Assembly (NCBI GenBank): GCA_965243165.1
Contig: OZ251535.1
Coordinates: forward strand, 1,281,572-1,345,571
From: Candidatus Spongiisociaceae bacterium
GTDB lineage: Bacteria > Actinomycetota > Acidimicrobiia > Spongiisociales > Spongiisociaceae
Direction: 5' to 3'
Length of the DNA: 64,000 bases
In this document: positions 32,601 to 42,143 of the stretch, piece after piece
Layout: every line of letters begins with the position of its first letter
How positions within the stretch are numbered: position 1 is the first letter of the stretch
Position numbers and translations under genes: made by a program
The notes under the pieces: generated by a model
What the model was told of the DNA's origin: nothing
Seen by the model: the letters and a program-made list of their open reading frames with translations, nothing else
Databases searched by the model: none

Positions 32601-35600
32601 GCGGAGCGAAGACGGTGCGGGTGACGGCTGCGGCGGGGGCGGCTGTGACGGGGAGTCAGACAATAACGGTTACGGTGGGCGCGGCGGGGAGTACAGCGGA
32701 TGAGGGGGATGATTATACGGTTGATGCGTCTTCGGTTACGGTGACCATCGCGGATGGGGCTATGTCGGGGACGGCGGATGTGGTGATTACGCCTGTTTCG
32801 GATACGGTTACGGAGGATGATGAGACGATCCGTTTCACGGGGGAATTGGCGAGTTATGTGGTTGCGCCGGTTTCGTTGGGAATCACCGACGCCGACCGGA
32901 CTATCACGTTGGAGTTCGCTGTTACGGCGCCGCATCCGTTGGAGTTTCGGGAGGGGCGTTATAGTGATGAGTGGAGGAAGGTTACCGCCCGTGTGGAGGG
33001 TGTGTCTTCTACTTATTCCGGCAGTATCAGGGGGCGGGTCAGGCCAGAGGCCGGTACGGCAACGGTGGTTTCCACCGGCCCGTCGACCAGCGGGGATCTC
33101 TACAATTCACTCGAGCATGCTACTGACACGAGTGAGCACAAGTATGTCGATATCGGTGCGGGTAATACGTCGGCGGGTGTTTGGTTCGTTTCGCGTGTCC
33201 TGGCGGATGACGCGGCGGAGCCGGTGGAGGATTTGTACTATACGTTGTCGGATTTGACTGATGGTTTTACGGTGGAGCGGGTGAGGGCGACATTGGTGGA
33301 TCGGTTGGACACGGCGGTGGTGTTGACGCTGGGGGGTACGGGGGCTGCGGTGTCGGAGGACGGGGACCTTTCGGGTCTGTCGGTCACGGCCGGTTTTCCG
33401 TCTGGTGTTACTTCGAGCACGATTGGTTCTGATCTGGTGGTGACGTTGGACGCTCCGGAGGCGGGTACGGCGGGGGCGGATGATTTTTCGTGGACGCCGC
33501 CCGGGACTGCCGACACTTTGACGATCGAGGCGGGGCAGACGGCGAGTCCGGCGGTGTCGCCGGCGGGGGTGTCGATCACCGATGATTCGGTGGTGGAGAA
33601 CCCGGAGACGCTGCAGCTGACCGGCAGCTACACGCTGGACGGCGAAACCCGGAAGACGGAGGCGACGTTGACTATCGAGGACGACGACGCGAATGTGGTG
33701 TTGTCGGTGTCGCCGGGGACGGTGGTGGAGGGCGACACGGAGGAGGTGCGGGTTACCGCCCGGTTCGCGGGGTCGGCTACAGAGTTGACGTCGGATACGA
33801 CGGTTACGGTTACCATCGCGGCGGGTACGGCGACGTTGACGACTGATTTCACTACGGACGCGACGGGCAATCAGGTGTCGGTGGTGATCCCGGCCGGGTC
33901 TCTGTCGGGCTCCGCGACGTTCAACCTGACAGCGGAAACAGACAGCACCATGGAGGGGAAGGAGACGGTCACCTTGTCGGGGGCGGGGACGATCGGGTCG
34001 CAGACGTTGAGGGTTACGGGCGCTGCGGTGAACATCGTCGATTCGGGTATTACGTTGGCGGTGGATGCGGATGCGGATACGACGAATAATCAATCGTCGG
34101 TGGGGGAGGAGGGGGGCACCAAGATGGTGGAGGTTACGGTTACGTTGCCGACGGCGCCTTCGGGGAGCGCCGAGGTGGTGGGGTTGAATGTGGTGGGCGG
34201 CACGGCGGTGTTGGACGGGGATTCGGAGTTCGGGGTGGGGGAGGACTTCCGGGTGACGTATCCGTCGCCGCAGTCACCGCCGCCGCCGACGGGTCATAGT
34301 TTGGCGGTTGAGGTTGCTGATGGTGCTACGACGGGGTCGGCGACGTTTACGGTGGTGTTGAACGACGACGATGTTGCTGAGGGTTCTGCGGCGGAGACGG
34401 TGGTGATCGAAGGCGCCGCTGTCACCTACGGCGGTGGTACGTATGAGGTGGTGTCGACCAGTTTTGGGATCACCGACGACGACGCGTCGCCCACCACTAT
34501 TGGTTTGTCCTTGCTGGACAGCGGCGGGGAGGACTTGACGGAGGCCGGCGAAGGCGGCGGTACGGTTCGGGTGCGGGTGAAGGCCGCCTTGGCGGGGGAC
34601 AAGGTGCTGCCCCGGTCGGTGACGGTTCCGCTGGTGGTGGGTCAGTCGGGCGGAGCCGCGGCGGGGACGGATTTCAAGTCGGTCTCGTCGCTGGCGGTGA
34701 CGATTCCGCCTCATGAGGATGAGGGAACCGTTGAGTTCGATCTGGAGCTGATAGACGATACGAGGTTGGAGGGCACCGAGGAATTGACGATCCACGGCGG
34801 CACTCTGGGGGTTGCTCTGACCGATTTGGGGTTCACCGCGGTCGAGTCCGATTCGTTGACCATCGTGGACAACGACATCATCCTGGGTTTGTTGGACGCT
34901 GACGGGGACCCGCTGACCAAGGTTCTGGAAGGCACCAGCCCCCAGGTGCGGGTGCAGGTGTCGTATTCAGGGACTTCTACGTCATCCTCTCCTCGGGTGG
35001 TGGAGATATCCGTTGAAGACGGCACCGCCGCGGCCGGGAGTGATTACACCGTTGCCCGGGTGGACCCGGTTCTCGTACCTCGGAACCGGAACAGCGACAG
35101 TTGGCCTATTCCGGGTTTGAGCTTGACCGACAACCGCGATTTTGATGGTGACAAGACGTTGCGGGTGTCCGCCTCGGCGGAGGGGTTCGACATCGCCCCG
35201 GTGGAGCTCATCATTCAGGACAACGAGATCCGGTTGTCGTTGAACCAGGCGTCGGTGCGGGAGGACGCAGGGCGGATCACCCGCACGGTCACCGCCCAGG
35301 CGGGTTCCGCACCCCCCGAGGACCTGGTTGTCAACATTGTGGTCGGTGGGGGCCGTTCGTCGGGGAATGGTTACACCCGTTTGAGTCCGGCCCGGTTCTC
35401 GGTCACGATCCCCGCCGGGGAGACGTCGGGATCCAGATCGTTCTCCATGACCGTGACCGACGACTCCACCCCCGGCAATTCCAAGACGGTGGCGGTTACG
35501 GGCTCCGCGTCGGGGTTCGACATTTCGGCGGCTCGTTTGACCATCACCGACGACGGCGACACCGCCGCACCCCCGTCCCCGCCCCCATCAGGCGGCGGCG

Positions 35601-36361
35601 GCGGAGGAGGCGGCGGCGGTGCTCCACCCCCATCAGGCGGAGGCGGCGGGGGCGGCGGTGCTCCACCCCCGGCCGGAGGCGGCGGAGGCGGCGGCGGAGG
35701 AGGGGGCGGTGGTGCTCCGCCCCCGGCCGGAGGAGGCGCCCAGCCCCCGGCCCAGCCGCCCGCACCGGCCTGCGTCGGCCGGTTCTGCGACGACGACGGC
35801 AACGTCCACCAAGACAACATCGAACGCATCGCCGTGTGGCAGATCACCCTCGGTTGCGACGCCCAAGACGCCACCAAATACTGCCCCGACGCCCAGATCA
35901 CCCGCAGGCAGATGTCCGCCTTCCTGCATCGGGCCGTTTCCCAACGGTGGACCATCCAAGCCCCCGAAGGGATCGAACTCACCGACGTCGAAGCCGACGA
36001 ATGGTTCCGCCCCTTCGCGGAATGGGTCGTCTCCGTCGGAGCCTTCAGCGCCCCCGAGGGCGTGTTCAACCCCGGCGGGGTGGTCACCCGGGCGGATATG
36101 GCGATCATGATGATCGGCGCGTTCCCCCACCTCGACGCCGTCCCCACCGAAGCGAGCCGGTTCGGCGACGTCGAGGGCCTCTCCCCCGAAGTGTTGGCCG
36201 CCCTCGAAGGGATGTACCAGACGGGCGTTACCCGAGGATGTTCCGCCGAACCCCTCAACTACTGCCCTGCCCAGCCGGTTACCCGGGCGCAGATGGCGTC
36301 GTTCTTCGTCCGAGCCGTCAACCTCGCCCCCGCCGACACCCAACCCACCGCCGGCACCTGA
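29617..36361 (+). CDS. Giant Calx-beta-repeat/SLH surface protein, paralog 4. The ATG start at 29617 is out of frame with the main ORF (29654..36361) across the 12-G tract at 29639-29650
   Basis: RBS GGAGGAGGTGG then ATG 29617. The ATG frame continues as ORF 29617..30018. The main ORF has three N-terminal Calx-beta units, the copy-1-type middle module (HVDDDRGNIIRSGSLYMRERGDP…), Gly/Pro linker and three SLH motifs. An in-frame GTG at 29654 follows the tract. Confidence 0.8.
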
Positions 36362-36379
36362 CCGCAGCTGCTTCTTTAT

Positions 36380-36418
36380 CCGGCCCGGCCTCCCCAGCCA
36401 ACCCAGGAGGCCGGGCCG
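36380..36418 (+). terminator. Conserved GC-rich stem-loop 3' of giant gene 4
   Basis: CCGGCCCGGCCTCC-loop-GGAGGCCGGGCCGG. Confidence 0.45.
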
Positions 36419-36699
36419 GAACCGCCCCCCGGACCTGCGCAACCCGGTCCCAGCCCCCCGGATCGAGGCGGCCGGGTCAGAAGCCTCCGGTGAAGCGGCG
36501 GGTGTGGATGTAGAGGCCGATAACGGGCAGATGAAATGCACGCCTGCATCCCTTCTGACCTGGGGTGATCACAATGAGATACTGTCTGATCAGAACTTGA
36601 GGTTCACCTGCCGGGTGAACGCCGCCGCTTCGGGGGTCTGGGATGTACAGGCCGGTGAACAGGCGCGGCCAGCGGCCCGCCCCGCGTGGATATGAATAA

Positions 36700-37650
36700 T
36701 CGGGCTAGAGACCCCTAAAAATCCGATGCCCCCTCAAGAGGGACGAGCAGACAGAGCCGACCAGGTGATTTGGATGCGTTGGCCTCACGGCGAAACCCCC
36801 GGCAGAAAACCCGCTGACCAGCAACGACCTCTATCCCCCTCTGCCATCAGCTCGTCTTCTCGAACTGAACCAATCCGAGCAGCAAACTGAACCCAACCCG
36901 AGCAGCACCCCGATTTTCGCGTTCTCCGCCCCCCGCCCCGGCTTCGCCGGGTCTCCCGCCCCCGCCGCCGCCGATCCATTGTTTTCGGGCGCTGGGGGCG
37001 TGTTGGGGCCCTCTGCGCTCGATCCGCCTCGGCACAGCCAGGTTGGCCGCCTTGCCCTTGGAGTTTTGGCTCTGGGCGGAGCGGCCTCTGTATGACCGCA
37101 GCATCCGGATCGGCTGCGGTTTCTGTACCGCCCCAAGGTATCAGGGGGCTGTGACAACTTTCGGCAGCCGGATGGAAGATGATGAAATGAACGGAACCGG
37201 GCCTGAGCACACACACACTGTTTTTCGCGTTCTCTGCCCCCCGGCCCCGGCTTCGCCGGGTCTCCCGCCCCCGCCGCCTCCGATCCATTGTTTTCGGGCG
37301 CTGGGGGCGTGTTGGGGCCCTCTGCGCTCGATTCGCCTCGGCACAGCCAGGTTGGCCGCCTTGCCCTTGGAGTTTTGGCTCTGGGCGGGGCGGCCTCTGT
37401 ATGACCGCAGCATCCGGATCGGCTGCGGTTTGTGTCCGCCTCAAGGTATCAGGGGGGTGTGACAACTTTCGGCAGCCGGATGGAAGGCGGGCTCCGCCGG
37501 CCCTGGTTGGAGGACGAGCGGATATGGGCTGACCAGGTTGTTCGGGTGCGTTGGCCCGGCGGCGAAATTCCTGGCAGGCAACCCCGCCGTCTGCCGGCAA
37601 ACTTCTATCCTTCTCTGCCTATCCGCTCATCTTCTAAGCCTGATGGCCGA
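36700..37650. repeat. MITE-like repeat cluster: S unit (reverse), two tandem L units (reverse, ~36880-37160 and ~37165-37470), S unit (reverse)
   Basis: Shares landmark sequences with the other copies (TTTTCGCGTTCTCCGCCCCCC…, …CCCCAAGGTATCAGGGGG(C/G)TGTGACA). S-unit terminal inverted repeats GGAGGACGAGCGGATATGGG … GCCTATCCGCTCATCTTC. Confidence 0.75.
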
Positions 37651-37652
37651 CA

Positions 37653-39647
37653 TCACGCCGCTAAGGACAGCAAAAGGGCTCGCGAGAGCAAGGCTGCCAT
37701 CTGCCCTCTGGTGATGGGTTGGTCGGGGCAATAGCGGAGCGGGGCGGTTGCACACCCGTCACCGATACCCGCCGCTTTCAGGGCTTCTGCGGCTCGGACA
37801 ACTCGGTCGGGTTGATCCGACATGTCGGCGAACAACCCTTGCACCCTTACGGAAGGAGTGATGAGGTCGAAGATGGAGGCGATCATTTCGGCTATTTCTG
37901 CTCTGGTTACTATCCCGTCCGGATTGAACTCACCGCCCGGCGGCCGCATTACTTCCCTCATTATTTGCTGCTCAACCGCCCACTCCATATAATGTTGGTA
38001 ATTTTCTTCGTAGTCTACGCCTTCTATCTCGTTGGGCATTATCCAGCTTACTTCCCGCGGAAATGACTCCAAAATTGCCGCCGCCCTATACAGGAAGGCC
38101 GCCATCTGCTTTCGGGTGATAGTATCATCCGGGCAGAATCTGCCGCCGCCGCATTCTTGGGCTATCCTGTCGGAAACTATATGTTCTATATATGGTTCGT
38201 GTTCATGGCAGTCGTCATCCGAGAACTGTCCGGCAGGTTTCAAGCGGCCTTCGGAGTCCAAAAGCAGGTCGTGGAGCTCTACTGGGATGGCGCTGCTCAA
38301 CTGATTGGGATGCAGATTCAGGAATATCAGGCCTGGGATTTGGCTGAGTTCGCGGGGGACAGCGCCGGTCAGCTGATTGCAGCCCAGATGCAACCAACCC
38401 AGATTGGTTAGTTTCGATAATTCTGGTGGTATACTGCCTGTCAACTCATTGTGGTACAGATTGAGGGTTCGTAGATTGGTCAGTTGTGAGAGTTGGGTCG
38501 GTATAGGTCCGGTCAATCTATTTCTATCCAGCCCCAGATCTTCAAGGTTGGTTAGTCGGGCGAGCTCGGCTGGTATGGGTCCGGTTAGCCGGTTGTCTCC
38601 CAGCCATAGAGCACTGAGGTTCGTAAGCTGAGAGAGTTGTTTGGGCAGCGGTCCGGTCAAATTGTTTCCCCCCAGTGCGATTGCTGATAGGTCGGTCATT
38701 CGGCCAAGTTGAGGTGGTATGGAGCCGGTCAGGTTGTTGTTGTACAGATAGAGAATACCCAGGTTGGTGAGTTGTGAGAGCTCTGGCGGTATAGAACCGA
38801 CTAATTGATTGTCGCCTAGATCGAGGATTGACAGATTGGCGAGCTGGGACAGTTCTTTGGGTATAGGCCCGGTCAATCGGTTGCCTTGCAATATCAGCAT
38901 TACTAAGTTGGTCATTTGAGATAGCTCGACGGGTATAGGTCCGCTCAGACGGTTGCCGGACATGTTAGAGGCTGTCAGCTTGGTTAGTTGGCCCAATTGG
39001 GCTGGGACAGGCCCCGATAGTTTGTTTGCGAACAGATGCATGGCGGTCAGATTGGTCAGGTTTCCGAACTCACTGGGGATAGGACCGGTCAGCTCATTCA
39101 GGCCTAGATTCATCGTATGCAGTTTGGTGAGGTTTCCGAGCTGAGGCGGGATGGGGCCGGTCAGGTCGTTCTTGCGAAGGTAAAGCAATTCCAGGTTGGT
39201 GAGCCGTCCGAGTTCGGCTGGGATAGCGCCCGAGTGGTTTCCGCGCAGGTGCAGCACTTCGAGGTGGGTCAGGTCTCCGATTTGGGGCGGGATGGGGCCG
39301 GCAACGTCGCTCACTCTGAGTTCGGAGACCCGTTGGTTCTTCATCTCAACGCCGATCCACGAGGTGATCGGTGCGTTGTCGCCTCTGCCCCATTGCCGCA
39401 GGTAATGGTCGGCCTCAAGGCCGGCGTTGTCAGGGTGGCGGGTCCAGACATTGCGGACGGCGACCAATGCCCGGCAGTCATCGACCAGCCCCTGAGGGGA
39501 GGGGTCGTCGACGAAGGTCCCGTCGTAGCAACCGAGAGCGCTGAGGTCGGGGATGGGGTTGCTCTGCGCACCGGCGGACAGCACCAAGGCGGCGGTCAGT
39601 CCGGCGGCGCCCAGGATCGGGGCAGCGGGACAGCGGATTTTCTTCAT
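37653..39647 (-). CDS. Secreted leucine-rich-repeat protein (plant-type LxxLxxLxLxxNxLTGPIPxxLGxLTN repeats) with C-terminal SLH domains
   Basis: 664 aa with signal peptide (MKKIRCPAAPILGAAGLTAALVLSAGA), about 14 consecutive 24-aa LRRs, and C-terminal SLH-like motifs (FCPDDTITRKQMAAFLYRAA; RYCPDQPITRGQMAALLSRAL). Confidence 0.85.
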   Translation of the reverse strand: MKKIRCPAAPILGAAGLTAALVLSAGAQSNPIPDLSALGCYDGTFVDDPSPQGLVDDCRALVAVRNVWTRHPDNAGLEADHYLRQWGRGDNAPITSWIGVEMKNQRVSELRVSDVAGPIPPQIGDLTHLEVLHLRGNHSGAIPAELGRLTNLELLYLRKNDLTGPIPPQLGNLTKLHTMNLGLNELTGPIPSEFGNLTNLTAMHLFANKLSGPVPAQLGQLTKLTASNMSGNRLSGPIPVELSQMTNLVMLILQGNRLTGPIPKELSQLANLSILDLGDNQLVGSIPPELSQLTNLGILYLYNNNLTGSIPPQLGRMTDLSAIALGGNNLTGPLPKQLSQLTNLSALWLGDNRLTGPIPAELARLTNLEDLGLDRNRLTGPIPTQLSQLTNLRTLNLYHNELTGSIPPELSKLTNLGWLHLGCNQLTGAVPRELSQIPGLIFLNLHPNQLSSAIPVELHDLLLDSEGRLKPAGQFSDDDCHEHEPYIEHIVSDRIAQECGGGRFCPDDTITRKQMAAFLYRAAAILESFPREVSWIMPNEIEGVDYEENYQHYMEWAVEQQIMREVMRPPGGEFNPDGIVTRAEIAEMIASIFDLITPSVRVQGLFADMSDQPDRVVRAAEALKAAGIGDGCATAPLRYCPDQPITRGQMAALLSRALLLSLAA

Positions 39648-39689
39648 CGGTATTCCGGCGGTTGGGCCTGTAGGTCGAACTCCAAGTAA

Positions 39690-40285
39690 ACCCTAACCCG
39701 ATAAGAGGACGAGCGGACAGGGCTGACCAGGTTGTTGGATGCGTCGGCCTCACGGTGAAACCCCGGCAGACAACCCGCCGGCCCGGCAACGACATCTATC
39801 CCCCTCTGCCTGTCAGCTCGTCTTCTCGACTCAAACCGAAACCAAGCCGGGGGGGGGGGGAGCGCATTCGTTTTTCGCGTTCTCCGCCCCCCGCCCCGGC
39901 TTCGCCGGGTTTCCCGCCGCCGCCGCCGAACCACCGTCTTCGGACACCGAGGACGCGTTGCCGCCCCCTGCGCCCGATCCGCCTCGGCACAGCCAGGTCG
40001 GCCGCCCCGCCCTTGGAGCCTCGGCTCTGGGTAGAACGGCCTCTGTATGACCGCAGCATCCGGATCGGCTGCGGTTTCTGTACCGTCCCAAGGTACCAGG
40101 GGGGTGTGACAGATTTCGGCAGCCGGCTGGAAGGCGGCGCCGCCGGCCCTGGTCAGAGGACGAGCGGCAGGAACCGACCAGGTTGTTCGGGTGCGTTGCC
40201 CGGCGGCGAAACCCCCGGCGGGCAACCCGCCGTCTGCCGACAACTTCTATCCCTCTGCCTGTCTGCTCGTCTTCTGATCCTGATC
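39690..40285. repeat. MITE-like repeat cluster: S (reverse), L (reverse, with an 11-G homopolymer at 39851-39861), S (reverse)
   Basis: Same repeat families as 3931-4505; S-unit terminal inverted repeats present. Confidence 0.75.
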
Positions 40286-40340
40286 GTTCACGAGAGGGGG
40301 GGGGGGCGGGCAGATGAAGTGAATTATCGGGGTTGAAGAA

Positions 40341-40808
40341 TTGAGCGGCAACACTCGGCTATCATTACCGGCTGTGATTGCCTTGCCCTCCCCCGACTGG
40401 ACATACCAGCCTCGTTCCGCCTGTGACCTTCCCGACGTGATGGAAGCGCCGGACAGGCGGGGGCCGTTCGTGGTGCCCATCTCACAGTTCGTTGTGGACT
40501 GGAACTGGTGTGACCGCCCTGCCCGCCTTATTCACGATCCGCCTGTGTACGAAGGCAGCGACCCTCTGCTGCTGCCTTCGATCGCGGCTGTCGTGCATGC
40601 TCTGGCTGACCGTGACAGCATCCGTCTGCCCGACTGGGTTCTCGAATATCGGGCTCCTGAAGATGTGATTCTGTTCGGCGGTCATCTGGACACCCCTCTG
40701 GGCGGCTGGGTCAGACAACATGCGCCGTCAGCTTGCGCCTACCATCGGGTATGGTTCGATGCTTCTCTACTGGACAAAGGAACCGACCGGCAATGGCGCG
40801 GGCGCTGA
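40341..40808 (+). CDS. Hypothetical protein (155 aa) in a lower-GC patch; possibly a truncated AbiEi-like antitoxin (speculative)
   Basis: ORF only; lower GC than surroundings; positioned directly upstream of an AbiEii-like N-terminal fragment. Confidence 0.3.
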   Translation: MSGNTRLSLPAVIALPSPDWTYQPRSACDLPDVMEAPDRRGPFVVPISQFVVDWNWCDRPARLIHDPPVYEGSDPLLLPSIAAVVHALADRDSIRLPDWVLEYRAPEDVILFGGHLDTPLGGWVRQHAPSACAYHRVWFDASLLDKGTDRQWRGR

Positions 40809-40975
40809 ACAATATCGAGTTACGCGATCTACTCGCTGAAGTGGATCAAGAACTTGCAGGCTGCGCTGATTCTATATCTATAGTCGCGGCCGGCGGGGCA
40901 GCTATAGCACTTCAATGGCGGCAACGTTCAACTTACGATGTTGATATAGTTGAGATGAATGCGATGTTGATATAG
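40793..40975 (+). pseudogene. N-terminal fragment (~60 aa) of an AbiEii/AbiGii-family nucleotidyltransferase toxin, truncated
   Basis: MARALNNIELRDLLAEVDQELAGCADSISIVAAGGAAIALQWRQRSTYDVDIV fits the minimal nucleotidyltransferase motif (hGG.A..L…R.S.DhDh) at the N-terminus of AbiEii-family proteins. The frame ends within a 25-bp tandem duplication, and the rest of the expected ~250-aa protein is absent. Confidence 0.4.
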
Positions 40976-40985
40976 TTGAGATGAA
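40936..40985. repeat. Perfect 25-bp tandem duplication (CGATGTTGATATAGTTGAGATGAATG x2)
   Basis: Seen directly in the sequence; overlaps the end of the AbiEii-like fragment. Confidence 0.9.
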
Positions 40986-41000
40986 TGAAATGAAGGCGCG

Positions 41001-42143
41001 TCAGGCGGTTTCGGCGGCGAAGTGGCAGGCGGCGGACTGGCCCGGCCCCACTGCGGTCAGGAAAGCGGTTTGGCTGCGGCACTGTTCCCGCCCCTTGGAC
41101 AGGAAACACCGGGGGTGGAAGGCGCACCCGGAGGGGCGGGCCGCCAGGGTGGGGGGGCTTCCGGGGATGGGCGCCAGCTGTTCGAGGTCTCCGTCCAGGC
41201 GGGGGAGGCTGGTGAACAGACCGATCGTGTAGGGGTGGCGGGGGCGGTGGAAGATGTCATCGACCGTTCCGGTTTCCACGATCCGGCCGGCGTACATGAC
41301 CGCCACCCGGTCGGCGGTTTCGGCGATCACCCCCAGATCGTGGGTCACCAGGATCATCGAAGCCTCCGCCGCCCGGCATCCGGCCGCCAGCACCTCCAGC
41401 ACCTGGGCTTGGATGGTGACGTCCAGGGCGGTGGTCGGTTCGTCGGCGATCAGGACCGAAGGGCGGTTGGCGACGGCGGCGGCGATCACCGCCCGCTGGC
41501 GCATGCCCCCCGACAGCTCGTGGGGGAACTGGCTGTAGCGCCGGCGCGGTTCGGGGATGCCCACCAGGTCGAGCAGCTCCACCGCCCGCTTCTTGGCTTC
41601 GGCCCGGCCGGCGCCGTGGATGGTCAGCGCCTCCCTTATCTGATGCCCCACCCGCATCACCGGGTTGAGCGAGGTCATCGGGTCCTGGAAGACCATGGCG
41701 ATCTCCCTTCCCCGCACCCCTTCCAGCTCCTTGTCCGACAGCTCCAGCAGGTCCCTTCCCCGGTAGACGACCTCCCCGGCGGTGATTTCGGCGTTGCCGG
41801 GCAGCAGCCCCGCCAGCGAGGAGACGGTTACCGTCTTGCCCGAGCCGGATTCGCCCACCAGCCCCAGGATGTCCCCCGGATAGAGGGAGAAGGCCGCGTC
41901 CTCGACCGCGGAGAGAACGCCGGCCGGGGTGCGGAAGGAGACCGAGAGGCCGCGCACCTCCAGCAGGGGGGCGGCTTCCTCCGGGCCGGGGCGGCCGGGC
42001 GGGTCGAGGCCGGCGGCGGAGTTCCTGGACAACGCCGGGCCGCGCTCAGGCGCCTTCGGCCAGGTCGGAGAGGAGGGCGCAGGCTTCTCTTTCCAGCACG
42101 CCGGCCGCCTCGGCGGTGAAGGCGGTGGCCCACTCCGGCTCAT
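41001..42143 (-). CDS. Oligopeptide/dipeptide-type ABC transporter ATP-binding protein (OppD/DppD-like), orphan. The true start is probably internal (around 42000) because the 5' end overlaps the upstream gene
   Basis: [11 protein letters not shown]…GESGSGKT…[14 protein letters not shown]…[12 protein letters not shown] plus C-terminal oligopeptide-ABC extension; no cognate permease or binding-protein genes nearby. Confidence 0.75.
   Translation of the reverse strand: MSRSGPPPSPPRRPACWKEKPAPSSPTWPKAPERGPALSRNSAAGLDPPGRPGPEEAAPLLEVRGLSVSFRTPAGVLSAVEDAAFSLYPGDILGLVGESGSGKTVTVSSLAGLLPGNAEITAGEVVYRGRDLLELSDKELEGVRGREIAMVFQDPMTSLNPVMRVGHQIREALTIHGAGRAEAKKRAVELLDLVGIPEPRRRYSQFPHELSGGMRQRAVIAAAVANRPSVLIADEPTTALDVTIQAQVLEVLAAGCRAAEASMILVTHDLGVIAETADRVAVMYAGRIVETGTVDDIFHRPRHPYTIGLFTSLPRLDGDLEQLAPIPGSPPTLAARPSGCAFHPRCFLSKGREQCRSQTAFLTAVGPGQSAACHFAAETA

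Noticed and set aside
14597-36258. Minus- and plus-strand ORFs with poly-Pro/poly-Gly or SRR-rich translations over the Gly/Pro linker and SLH regions (e.g. 14597..14989, 14862..15680, 21968..22666, 28359..29198, 35371..36258)
   Set aside because: Alternative-frame or antisense readings of the GGN-rich linker and conserved C-terminal region; duplicated four times only because the underlying gene is
9100-36420. Considered whether the repetitive giant-gene region could be a CRISPR array, a diversity-generating retroelement target, or a retron
   Set aside because: Repeat units are kb-scale protein-coding paralogs, not short direct repeats with spacers; no reverse transcriptase, template repeat or msr/msd-like structure is present in the window
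8997-36541. Numerous long minus-strand ORFs inside the giant genes (e.g. 10902..12359, 15776..17071, 18584..20650, 22699..24207, 24784..26199, 29564..31267, 31784..32935, 33107..34093) with RRRHR/RNR-rich translations
   Set aside because: All are antisense to the Calx-beta ORFs, extremely Arg/His-biased (reverse complement of Val/Thr/Ala/Gly-rich codons), lack starts or RBS, and repeat with the same periodicity as the sense repeats
36504-36695. 63-aa ORF downstream of giant gene 4 (MDVEADNGQMKCTPASLLTWGDHNEILSDQNLRF…)
   Set aside because: No RBS, no recognisable family, lies in terminator-proximal intergenic DNA; kept only as a possibility (slightly lower GC here)
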